A stretch of DNA of 64,000 nucleotides, taken from positions 91,058 to 155,057 of IMG/VR virus record IMGVR_UViG_3300032893_000004; one strand, 5' to 3'. A program made the translations under genes and the position numbers. Of the stretch, positions 20,701 through 27,443 are shown one piece after another; the stretch's first letter is position 1; each line of letters starts with the position of its first letter. The notes under the pieces are model-generated. The model saw nothing but the letters and a program-made list of their open reading frames with translations. It was not told where the DNA came from and did not search any database. Source of the stretch: a virus.

Positions 20701-21296
20701 AGAGTTTCCGGAGTGTGCCGCGAACTGTTGATCAGACCTTTCTTGGCAAAATCTAACTCTCGGGAATGCTGCTTCTGGCCATTCTCATCCAGTTCGTTCG
20801 GATCTTGCTGAGACCGACCTTTGAAGAATTTCATATAGTAGTTCGGGCCAAGATGCTTGTAGGCATGAGGTACATCGCCGGAAGCTAGAACTTTCTCCGC
20901 CATTCCTTTCAGCTGATTCTCGTCCAAGATACCAGAATCGGCCATTTCTGCGTGCAAATCCGACGAAGGATTCTCCGGATTGAAAGTCTTCAAGACAAAG
21001 TCTTGCTTCAACTCTTTAGGAGTATTCGGATGCTTGAGGATATTCTCCATCAAGTCGTTGCGCGGTTCGGCGTCGCCGGTAGCAGCCGAGGTCGAGTCAG
21101 GAGTTACCGGCGCCATCGTGTGATGATAAAGCTTATCGATCGAATGAGCTGACAGATTGGGATGAGAAGTCACTTCCTTCATCAGGTCGATGTTGTCAGC
21201 CTGCTCGTGTTCGGGCAGCTGGATATGATGTTCCACGTGGGCGTGCAAGGTATCTGCCGGCGTGTCGGGCGCTAAGTGTTTGATCTCGTCGCTCAT
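14721..21296 (-). CDS. 2191-aa protein with HPN/NP-type helical repeats and a C-terminal EEYQSD domain; likely internal virion protein
   Basis: Repeats ILKHPNTP, LLSHKNVD, AIENPRLP, LLQNPSLT, ALNHPNAD; lies between protease and scaffold. Confidence 0.6.
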   Translation of the reverse strand: MSDEIKHLAPDTPADTLHAHVEHHIQLPEHEQADNIDLMKEVTSHPNLSAHSIDKLYHHTMAPVTPDSTSAATGDAEPRNDLMENILKHPNTPKELKQDFVLKTFNPENPSSDLHAEMADSGILDENQLKGMAEKVLASGDVPHAYKHLGPNYYMKFFKGRSQQDPNELDENGQKQHSRELDFAKKGLINSSRHTPETLDRTIDAFAASKHDPHEALNDLVEGREDLSKDQLNKIHQWYEANKSGDRHDYYANQRLDALLSHKNVDPALLAKYAVGKNSRDSAIENPRLPQESINGMIKRFKDSGDWETRNKVDSLLQNPSLTKPQVKALIQKGFNKAIKHPMADEADVRDYWQKGSKDLDSARDILQAQSVPPDVLKEIVNHKNQEVAVKALNHPNADMDVVDEGLKRRAKTVQDAARLHPLVAEQQVKEGLKSGATSLSNVYHDPKFQQQFDKLPKMDQEAIFAKAHEKYQGDNIDEISKKTKERPENVISSKFNLALDQRVPSAIREANSKDLANIFDDKVPKNQMVVSHSNDVMGRNQRDNNSRIVTAISHLAVNGDKNAQAAILKNPGYLSEVQSNINLNDADPDFLADMFRKRQEYIANNTQVYDHGGRPELFDDSAHMARKLFESNNMPEYLFHEIARNGELMDKIGAGDYFKRYDSLPEDEQNKKYEPILNSGSQKAAISVVRANAPQASWDRAFNMLSTDNKQRLIKDEVEHVKNHRPDIFHNAVLGMYNDPGDNDRIGGSFQNYQAKAVSHLDPESPNDRSVLDQLISVPEGQPGHMSDEGLLNNIPDEMYTKPGDDALIDHAAASGKAPLAYNLLARKMNQLSRGVHVSSYESEDKKAIGRQKAEDLVNYLHGRVASMPSFSDSETDNPIAEKWYSLMTRQKQGYHDDRFLSSLKAAGANLDFLADMPGKDGELVKHQALADNLLSPEKLQQMTQANSVRDILAIGNPKLRQRTLDSWVSGGNHTPEDLEHLAAKINSSMLNPEAHEHGRRSSMRDETLGIYNSRLNNLIDLYRTKSPGELSTMLAQALSAPAQGDDLTQDDRKRIAKSVLEHLASASYAIPEDKNGTMLSAYVALKSRNMAPANMGKQIERNAIDQKDYDTMIQLSDHGILSSEGISALARAAAQPNTLNARQIAGVSSQLNSNTEPAAVLEIAKTFENKISQEGINDPRGLVREKFMNNLASTFTPSESGPEEQQKNEFVLNYIKKQTLDPKIAPFAHAQLRNMAMQSAEAGNVDQAVSLWEQLPNDPNQLAAGAELSEDRIPDNLLNDPRFVEASASEWKLQALAENADRLTGANSSILVNRSLAVNAENPYSIDQSRMFSKMEHNQYVQPDDSVKLARSMPDEKFNPLIRQIGQAMDGNLIYAVHAKMRDMDALVKDPNLAAPNAPFMGAEHRNKILSNLDQYATAIHNASVKEETPNLKDKLGKISEMIGQIHGHIKTVASHMRLQAPDLNNTGKLEASRDHATMLSILTKIAKTGIQLDREDALKVMDMVKEYHSIEEASGKELAPEKTHEAIKGIVGAAENFEEQDWREMFKSAPHAIFALRDRTNIPTEALNGSNYQQFGEKSTNKDENRAKTAFVKSSKDWFAKMSKEDIAHHGKNLLHMYVKLKNNNEIFHNDYTYAMEEGLKYMGPDMSHKDLTDLLAQSGAHDLRNSLFQTAVENGVGGVESLRAYAKENHDYMFSGHTDIHPSEGHNLAMKLKPVTSSPHIDEDLAAQVYDMFDRNKEAMAQASIDILSNKSTPPKAVKMYTDAILRNDAQNYKDIDKRTASEMATQLMQHPNVSEQDLGELFALSNEQFPKFFAPGGKFNPALTNPTYGGKLFRAIPVALPESQKAGASGSVDESKVLRDISLQHKDYERMKATMALIPAEGMAWAEFKRKFPAEEKSLPPSVKAVFTSAQNKPVMPEQFAQAMRALDDNSKKYHLTYSEWSSKLQRHNPPGRANLVVQVNNSEASEKELSQDPKLWSLYQHLLQKTNGISNGSIGMHPTTPHMVSWSRVDTDQSVKGKNAWAIEEYQSDFAQKFRRNLKALMSQFPAGTKINGQNITAEDMKQYAKKIDTHLSDWTEASMSAVIENARAQGITHLYMHGAELRGYMSNGGKYDREYWDNPNTKPFTVGFRKIYDENPRKFGFQQCDYTDYPKHNKEMLNNLKKNKLSTKCWVLELQPKAPKKRRA

Positions 21297-21892
21297 TTTT
21301 CACCGTACTTTAGCCAACGCATCAGCTCTTTTGTCCAGTCTTGATCTTCCGCACCGGAGAGGTTAGCTTCGTCGATGGCCGGATCATATTCTCTGGAAGC
21401 CATTTCCCGATCGTCGTCGTGCTTCTGCTGATCTTTTTCAACCATACCGAGAACTGTATCGTTGATCTTAGCCTTGGGCGAATGGAAGTCCGGCGGCGGA
21501 TTGGCCGGCACAACCGGTAGGGCCTGCTGAACGTCTGTTTTGCGAGCTACTTTGATCTCGCCGCGAGTGAAAGCATTGAACAGCGCGTCCTTCTCTTCCT
21601 GCGGCAACAGGTGACCGTTGAGGATGACCGTGTGGCCGTCCGAGGTGATCTCTACCACGTCGCCGTTGTCCATGACGTACCGTAAAAGATTGACGGTGGC
21701 CTTGGTCGGCTCCGACATAGTCAGGTGCGACGAATTTCCGACAACCTGCTGCATCTTCGGATAACTGTTCTGGAACAACTTAGGCAATTGGCCGTTTGTA
21801 TTGTCTACGACAAAGTCGAGCGCATCTCCGTCCGTGCGGATCTCCGCGAGCGGTATTTCGGAATAATCTGATTTGATGACTACGACTTTCAT
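21293..21892 (-). CDS. Hypothetical head-module protein
   Basis: ATGA-coupled on both sides. Confidence 0.7.
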   Translation of the reverse strand: MKVVVIKSDYSEIPLAEIRTDGDALDFVVDNTNGQLPKLFQNSYPKMQQVVGNSSHLTMSEPTKATVNLLRYVMDNGDVVEITSDGHTVILNGHLLPQEEKDALFNAFTRGEIKVARKTDVQQALPVVPANPPPDFHSPKAKINDTVLGMVEKDQQKHDDDREMASREYDPAIDEANLSGAEDQDWTKELMRWLKYGEK

Positions 21893-23589
21893 GCTACTCT
21901 CTTCGCTCTTTCTTCGGCGTTAACCTTGGTCATATGATTCGCTGCGTGATCAAACATCTGTCCTATGCTCATGTCAGAACGATCGGCGAGTTTTTGATAA
22001 TATTTCAATCCAGAAACCGCCGTTTTTATTGTAGCAGGATCGTGACCTTGATCCAACATCTTTCCGGCAAGAGTTTTAGCGTCTATGCCCTTGAGCCACT
22101 TCGCAGCTTCCGGATGAAGCTTATCGTTCCCTTTTTCGGCAGAAATAAGGTCAGGTTCCGTAAAACCACCGTTCCAACCGAGAAAAGCATCGTCGTGATC
22201 TATGCTCATCAGATGACCTTTAGGATGAACCAACAAATTGCCGTTATGCCGGTCACCTACACCAAGAATATGATTCGCGATAATCAACTTGTGAATGTGG
22301 CCATCCTTCTCGTGTTTCCGAAAAGCGTTGGCTAGAACATCTCCGCTTTGCAAAGGAGTCTTTGCTTCTTTTATGTATTCCATGGCTGATATGGCATTGC
22401 CGCCGTGGACGTTCGGATGTGCTACTTTTGTGACAATCGGCACATACTTTCCGAGTCCAAAAACGTCTTTCATGATCTGAAAGTGATTGTGCGCATTCGT
22501 GTATTCTTTGTCCGCCATACGATTTCCGACTGGACCTTCCGGCCTATGCTTAACCAAGACGTCCCGTCCTTGATCGTTACGAAGATGCAGGATTTTCTTT
22601 TTCCGACTGGAATGCACAGACTCGGAAGCTGGATCGTAGTAAAGTCCCTCTACCAGCGACTTCTGGTCATCGTCGGACGACGGATGGGCGTGCTTAGCTC
22701 CGATGCGCACCAGCTTTGGAGACGGCATGTTCTTCTTGAGCGCCAGCTCTTCCGCCAGCTTCTCGAAGTGGCCGATGTAGTCGTCTGACACCTCTGGTAG
22801 AGCGCCTTTCAGCACTTCCTTGAGAGGACGCTTGCGGTCCCAGTCGCGAACAGCGGCCTTCACGCGATTTCTCTGGAATCCGCTGATATGCTCGCGGGTA
22901 AGTGCGGCTTGACCGGTCAGCTGGGACGGAGCTACGTTGCCCATACCAGCCTCTATGCTCTTCGTGAGACTCTCGACGGCCTTGTGCAGATCCAGTATCG
23001 GATCCTTGGGGATGAACATATCATCGAGGATAATTGAATCGATTTCGATTAAATGATCGACTCGATCCGACACATCTGAAATATATTTAGCTATTGAGAT
23101 CGATTTTGGATCTTCAAGTAATCCGGCTATGGCTGCCTTATTGCACGCGCGTAAGGTGCATGCCACGCGCCTTCCGACAGTTTCTTTTAAGATGTAGTCA
23201 TCCCGCTCAAGCGTCGCACCCTCAATACTGAAGTTTGTAAGTAGCCGTTCGCCCTGTTTTGCATAATAACGTATCATTGCGGCGACTGCGACTGCGCCAG
23301 GATGATTTACATCATCGTCATCGAACAATTCTGAAATAATATAAACAAACGGCTTTTTTACTATGTTCCAATAATATCTTTGACGATCATTTTCACAATC
23401 TTCTTTTTTAAGAATTTTTCTTGCATAGATAATTGCCCCGATGATATCGTCGGATTTATTCGAATGCTCCCAATTTAATACCCCTCGGCCTTCGACGAGA
23501 TCTGATATGTCGTGGTTGGCAACAACGAGTAACTCACCTGAGCTGTCGATTGTTTCAACTGTTGCACATCCGTCCAGTTTGAGGCCCAT
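21889..23589 (-). CDS. Prohead protease fused to a C-terminal PI3/PI4-kinase/HipA-like domain
   Basis: N-terminal GCATVETIDSSGE..LNWEH..FSIEG..VACT; C-terminal VLVKH..GDRHNGNLLV..SIDHDDAF; ATG 23589 with GGAGGT SD. Confidence 0.78.
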   Translation of the reverse strand: MGLKLDGCATVETIDSSGELLVVANHDISDLVEGRGVLNWEHSNKSDDIIGAIIYARKILKKEDCENDRQRYYWNIVKKPFVYIISELFDDDDVNHPGAVAVAAMIRYYAKQGERLLTNFSIEGATLERDDYILKETVGRRVACTLRACNKAAIAGLLEDPKSISIAKYISDVSDRVDHLIEIDSIILDDMFIPKDPILDLHKAVESLTKSIEAGMGNVAPSQLTGQAALTREHISGFQRNRVKAAVRDWDRKRPLKEVLKGALPEVSDDYIGHFEKLAEELALKKNMPSPKLVRIGAKHAHPSSDDDQKSLVEGLYYDPASESVHSSRKKKILHLRNDQGRDVLVKHRPEGPVGNRMADKEYTNAHNHFQIMKDVFGLGKYVPIVTKVAHPNVHGGNAISAMEYIKEAKTPLQSGDVLANAFRKHEKDGHIHKLIIANHILGVGDRHNGNLLVHPKGHLMSIDHDDAFLGWNGGFTEPDLISAEKGNDKLHPEAAKWLKGIDAKTLAGKMLDQGHDPATIKTAVSGLKYYQKLADRSDMSIGQMFDHAANHMTKVNAEERAKRVA

Positions 23590-24338
23590 TATGCGTACCT
23601 CCAAATGTATCCTCTATGCGTTTTTGTGACTCCGCAACAAACACCGCGTACCTTCGATGCGCAACATCCAATAGATTCAGTATCTTTAGGGCAGTCCCAT
23701 ACCTTTACTGTCAATCCCGTCAGCGGATCGATCTGCAAAACTTTTTTGGCTCTTTTTAATTGAAGTTCTCGCTTGAAAATTGGGTCCAGACGCAATTTAT
23801 TTAGTCTCGCTTCATTCGCTGCGCTAAGAGCTTCGCTGCGATCATGGGTCGACCAGTATTTTTCGGCTCCGGCCATGCGATTTTGTTTGCCGGAATCAGA
23901 CATTTTCCGCAATTGTTCTTTTCCAGCATCTGTGGCTGCCCACAGTTTACGTTCTTCTGACTTTTTCGTACGTCGGTCTTTGTCCCAGCTCGCGATTGCG
24001 CTGGCAGAAAGTGTCTTTTTCAATTCTGATGTGTATATGCATCCTTCTTTCCCGCCATGTTTAATGTTGTATCCCGAGGGACGAAGTGAGCCAAAACATA
24101 CTATAAAATGTCTCTCCATGCGATCCAAGGAAGTCTGATCTATATATGTAATCAACTCTTCCTTTTCAAAAGATTCGCGCCCATATTTTTTTATGGCATT
24201 CTTGATTGGCCTAGAAGTATTTTTGGTCGCACAACAATGGTCTGCCCAACGCTCGGCCATTGAGCGAGTAGTCTGGCCGATATAGATCTTACCGTTCACA
24301 TTGTTCGTGATTTTGTAAATGATTCCGTATCGTTGCAT
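23589..24338 (-). CDS. Free-standing GIY-YIG homing endonuclease with NUMOD1-like C-terminus
   Basis: GIIYKITN..KIYIGQT..R, GYNI, KTHRGYIWRY; AT-rich. Confidence 0.9.
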   Translation of the reverse strand: MQRYGIIYKITNNVNGKIYIGQTTRSMAERWADHCCATKNTSRPIKNAIKKYGRESFEKEELITYIDQTSLDRMERHFIVCFGSLRPSGYNIKHGGKEGCIYTSELKKTLSASAIASWDKDRRTKKSEERKLWAATDAGKEQLRKMSDSGKQNRMAGAEKYWSTHDRSEALSAANEARLNKLRLDPIFKRELQLKRAKKVLQIDPLTGLTVKVWDCPKDTESIGCCASKVRGVCCGVTKTHRGYIWRYA

Positions 24339-24344
24339 TCTCGT

Positions 24345-24354
24345 AAGATTAGGC
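24345..24354 (-). promoter_or_regulatory. Putative late promoter motif GCCTAATCTT
   Basis: Between the stop of the gpF-like gene and ATG 24338 (6-nt gap). Confidence 0.7.
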
Positions 24355-25239
24355 TCATCCGTGATTACATCCTGGTCCGTGTTCATGCTCTCTCTCGTGT
24401 TCAATATTCATAGCTAAATACTCATCGTAACTCACGAATTCGCTCTTAACAAGAGGAACTGCATCTGGCACTTCTTCGGCTTTCTTCAGCTTCCAGTAGT
24501 CCTTGTGGTAGTCATACCCAAATTCGACGAACTCGATCACGCCAGCATCGTTGAAGCCGAAGTTCGGCGGGACAAAGCTCATCACGTGTCGGCAGCGCGG
24601 GTGAAGCGGCGACTGATGCGGAGTCTTTCCGTCCCATTCTTTGGGCTTGAAGTATCCCTCCTGGATCTGTGACAACTTGTACGGCTTCGGCTTCCGTATC
24701 GCAGCGGAGTCGTGGTACATCGCCTTGCAGTATTTACAAATCTTGTGGTCGCAGACTCCTAGAAAAACGACGGTCGGATCTTTGACACCGATGTCAGACG
24801 CAAGCTTGCCGATACCCTCGCGCGAGGCATATGTCTGCACGATGCGCGCTTCGTTCGAGACGAGCAGATCGACGTACTGACCTGCCTTCTCGAAGTGCCC
24901 GCGAATAGATCGAATCGCTTCAGATGGGGTCTTCGCTTTAGCCACGTCTGCCAGAATGTGGTTCTTGATCTTGAGCTGCTGTGAATCCATGTAATTACTC
25001 GTAATATCAGCCAAATTTTCGATATTCTTCTGATCAGGCTTAGAATGGGCTCCGTACATGGTCTTCAGAGTGAAGTTGTACAGGCCTTCGATCGTATGGA
25101 GCGGATCAGCTCGGCGAACGACTTCGAAGTACAGCTTCGGCCCTTTGAACATCTTGCCTAGCAGCTTAGCCTTCGTTCCTTCGAACAGAGACTCGATCCG
25201 CTGGATTATGATGTTCCTCTGGGCGTCGGTGAGCTTCAT
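24355..25239 (-). CDS. Mu gpF / SPP1 gp7-like minor head protein
   Basis: DHKICKYC and PLHPRCRH; follows the portal. Confidence 0.75.
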   Translation of the reverse strand: MKLTDAQRNIIIQRIESLFEGTKAKLLGKMFKGPKLYFEVVRRADPLHTIEGLYNFTLKTMYGAHSKPDQKNIENLADITSNYMDSQQLKIKNHILADVAKAKTPSEAIRSIRGHFEKAGQYVDLLVSNEARIVQTYASREGIGKLASDIGVKDPTVVFLGVCDHKICKYCKAMYHDSAAIRKPKPYKLSQIQEGYFKPKEWDGKTPHQSPLHPRCRHVMSFVPPNFGFNDAGVIEFVEFGYDYHKDYWKLKKAEEVPDAVPLVKSEFVSYDEYLAMNIEHEREHEHGPGCNHG

Positions 25240-27440
25240 CAGCTCCCCTTCTTTTTACCGTCTTTGAGGATCCTCGCCATGGCGGCGACCTCTTTCGCAG
25301 ATTCGCGCTTGAAGTGGGCCATCGTGGAGTCTACCAGCTGCTTGTGCTGGCGCATCAGGCGACGCGAGATTCTATCGTGGTTATTCTGGATGGTCTTTTC
25401 GAGCAGCATGTAGCTATTCGTCGACCACGCCATATTCTTGGCCGAGATATCCTTCACGATGTCGATCGCTTTTTCGGCTTTAGAAGTCTGCTCAGGCGGC
25501 ATGCTGCCGCCTCCGGAGTCGCTGCTGTCATCGTCCGACCCGGAATCCTTGTTGTCCGAGCCAGAATCTTTGTTATCACCTTCGTCGTCCTGGATAGGGT
25601 TTCCCTGCGCGTCAGCCGTGATACCTTGCTCGGCCAGTGCCTGCTGCTGCATCATCTGCTGAGCTTGCATCTGCTGCTGCATCGCTATCTGAGCTTGCTG
25701 GAGGATCATCTGCTTGTTCTGGAACCAGAACGGATCGCGGATGTACTGGTAGCGAGGATCAGACGCAGCGCCTTTCACTTTGAAGAAGTTTTCGAGGATC
25801 TGACCAACAGTCAGGTACTTGTCCATGACTGCCTGGAACTGCGGGTTAAGCGGAAAGTCGCCGCCCATCTCGACCGGAACCGGGTTCTTCTCGACCTGTT
25901 CCATGATCTCGTTGTAGTTCATGTGAACGGCCATGTCCTGCTGCAGACGGGTGTTCTCTTTTTCCGGAGAATCCTTATCCAAACCAGTCAGAACGATCTG
26001 ATGCGTCTTAGCCAGTTCCGGATCCACGAATGGGAGGATATGGGTATTCAAAAAGTCTTGGATATCGGATAAGAGCGGACGGAGGCCCACATCGCGGGCA
26101 GCCGTAAGCTTCCACTCGTTGTCCGATTCTGAAAGTGCCTGAGTATTCGTGCCCCGAGCAAGGTGAGCGTAGCCAGGCAATTCTTCCGGCGACATCTGGA
26201 AGGCCGAGAGGATCACCCGAGCGTTGTTGTCCATCAGGTACTGGAATTCTGCGTCGCGGCCGGAGTTATCGATCGCTTCCCAGTTCAGCTTATCCTCGGA
26301 TCCGATCGCGAAGACGGGCATGCGCCACGAGTTTTGAACGGAGTTGATCGACTGATGGAATTGGAGGCGAATACGCTGTGCTGCTGCTTCGTCCATGGAG
26401 TCGGACTGGAACACGAGCATGCCCTTCGAAGCGCGGCCGTGCTGGAAGTACAGCTTGTTATGGACAGTGATGTTGATGTGGGTCGTGATCGCGTTGAGCG
26501 CCTGATCGATCGGAGTAAGAGGGTAGCCGTTATACTCGATGCCTGTCGTCGGATAAAGATTGTAGACGACCATCTCTTCTTCGGTGAATGTCTGAACCGG
26601 CTTTCCTTCGATGACCTGAACGTAGCGGTACTCGTCCTTCTTGTACTTCTCGATGTCGATCTTCTTGTTCTTGATCTGCTGCAACTGACGAATAGCTTCT
26701 TGGCGAAGCGACTGGTCGTGTTCTTTCTGCGGCAAGATTTTCAACATCGTGCCGGCGTCGGAAGCGCGCCATGCGTATAGTTCTCGTTTGCCTGTTTCCG
26801 GATTCGTCCACCAGCTACGTTCGCAGGCGAGACGACCGAAGGCAAGTCCATCGCGGGTCACCAGCTTCAGGAATTGAGACAAGTTGACTTGATCAAGCTC
26901 GCCGTCAAGAGTGCCGCGACCGCACTGCCAGAACTTCTTCTTGGCTGCGTCGATTCTCTCTTGAATCTTGCGCTGATCTTCTTCAGAACGCTTGGCGTTC
27001 TTGTCCATGTCTTGAAATTCGAAGCCTACACTGAAGCGGTCCGTCCTAGGACGACCGAAGGATGATATATGGTTCGAACGAGCTTGAAGAATCTCGTTGA
27101 CCAACTCGTCGCCGCCCGGCCCGCAGATACGCTTGATGATATGATCAGGCGTTAGATTCTGTTTTAGCCGGTAAAATCCGAGAGCACCGGAATAGTTAGC
27201 ATGCGGGTCAACCTGGAACGACATTCGTTCGAGTTGAGCTGCCTGCATAGCGTTCTGAGCTTTGATAGACTTAACAATCTCACCGAGAACACCGGTATCA
27301 GCTGTAGTCACTTCCTCTTTTTCGTTGGAAAGTTCCCGCGCCGCCGCGTCAGCTTTAAGAAGCTTCAGAGCGTTCGGATCCAGAGCGACTATCTCTTGCC
27401 GTGGGCGATAACGCTTCTTTTTTTCTTCTTCGTTTGCCAT
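25239..27440 (-). CDS. Portal protein
   Basis: 733 aa; GYPLTPID, YFQHG..KGML, WRMPV, DAEFQ, AFQMSPEE; between terminase and head genes. Confidence 0.88.
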   Translation of the reverse strand: MANEEEKKKRYRPRQEIVALDPNALKLLKADAAARELSNEKEEVTTADTGVLGEIVKSIKAQNAMQAAQLERMSFQVDPHANYSGALGFYRLKQNLTPDHIIKRICGPGGDELVNEILQARSNHISSFGRPRTDRFSVGFEFQDMDKNAKRSEEDQRKIQERIDAAKKKFWQCGRGTLDGELDQVNLSQFLKLVTRDGLAFGRLACERSWWTNPETGKRELYAWRASDAGTMLKILPQKEHDQSLRQEAIRQLQQIKNKKIDIEKYKKDEYRYVQVIEGKPVQTFTEEEMVVYNLYPTTGIEYNGYPLTPIDQALNAITTHINITVHNKLYFQHGRASKGMLVFQSDSMDEAAAQRIRLQFHQSINSVQNSWRMPVFAIGSEDKLNWEAIDNSGRDAEFQYLMDNNARVILSAFQMSPEELPGYAHLARGTNTQALSESDNEWKLTAARDVGLRPLLSDIQDFLNTHILPFVDPELAKTHQIVLTGLDKDSPEKENTRLQQDMAVHMNYNEIMEQVEKNPVPVEMGGDFPLNPQFQAVMDKYLTVGQILENFFKVKGAASDPRYQYIRDPFWFQNKQMILQQAQIAMQQQMQAQQMMQQQALAEQGITADAQGNPIQDDEGDNKDSGSDNKDSGSDDDSSDSGGGSMPPEQTSKAEKAIDIVKDISAKNMAWSTNSYMLLEKTIQNNHDRISRRLMRQHKQLVDSTMAHFKRESAKEVAAMARILKDGKKKGS

Positions 27441-27443
27441 TCA

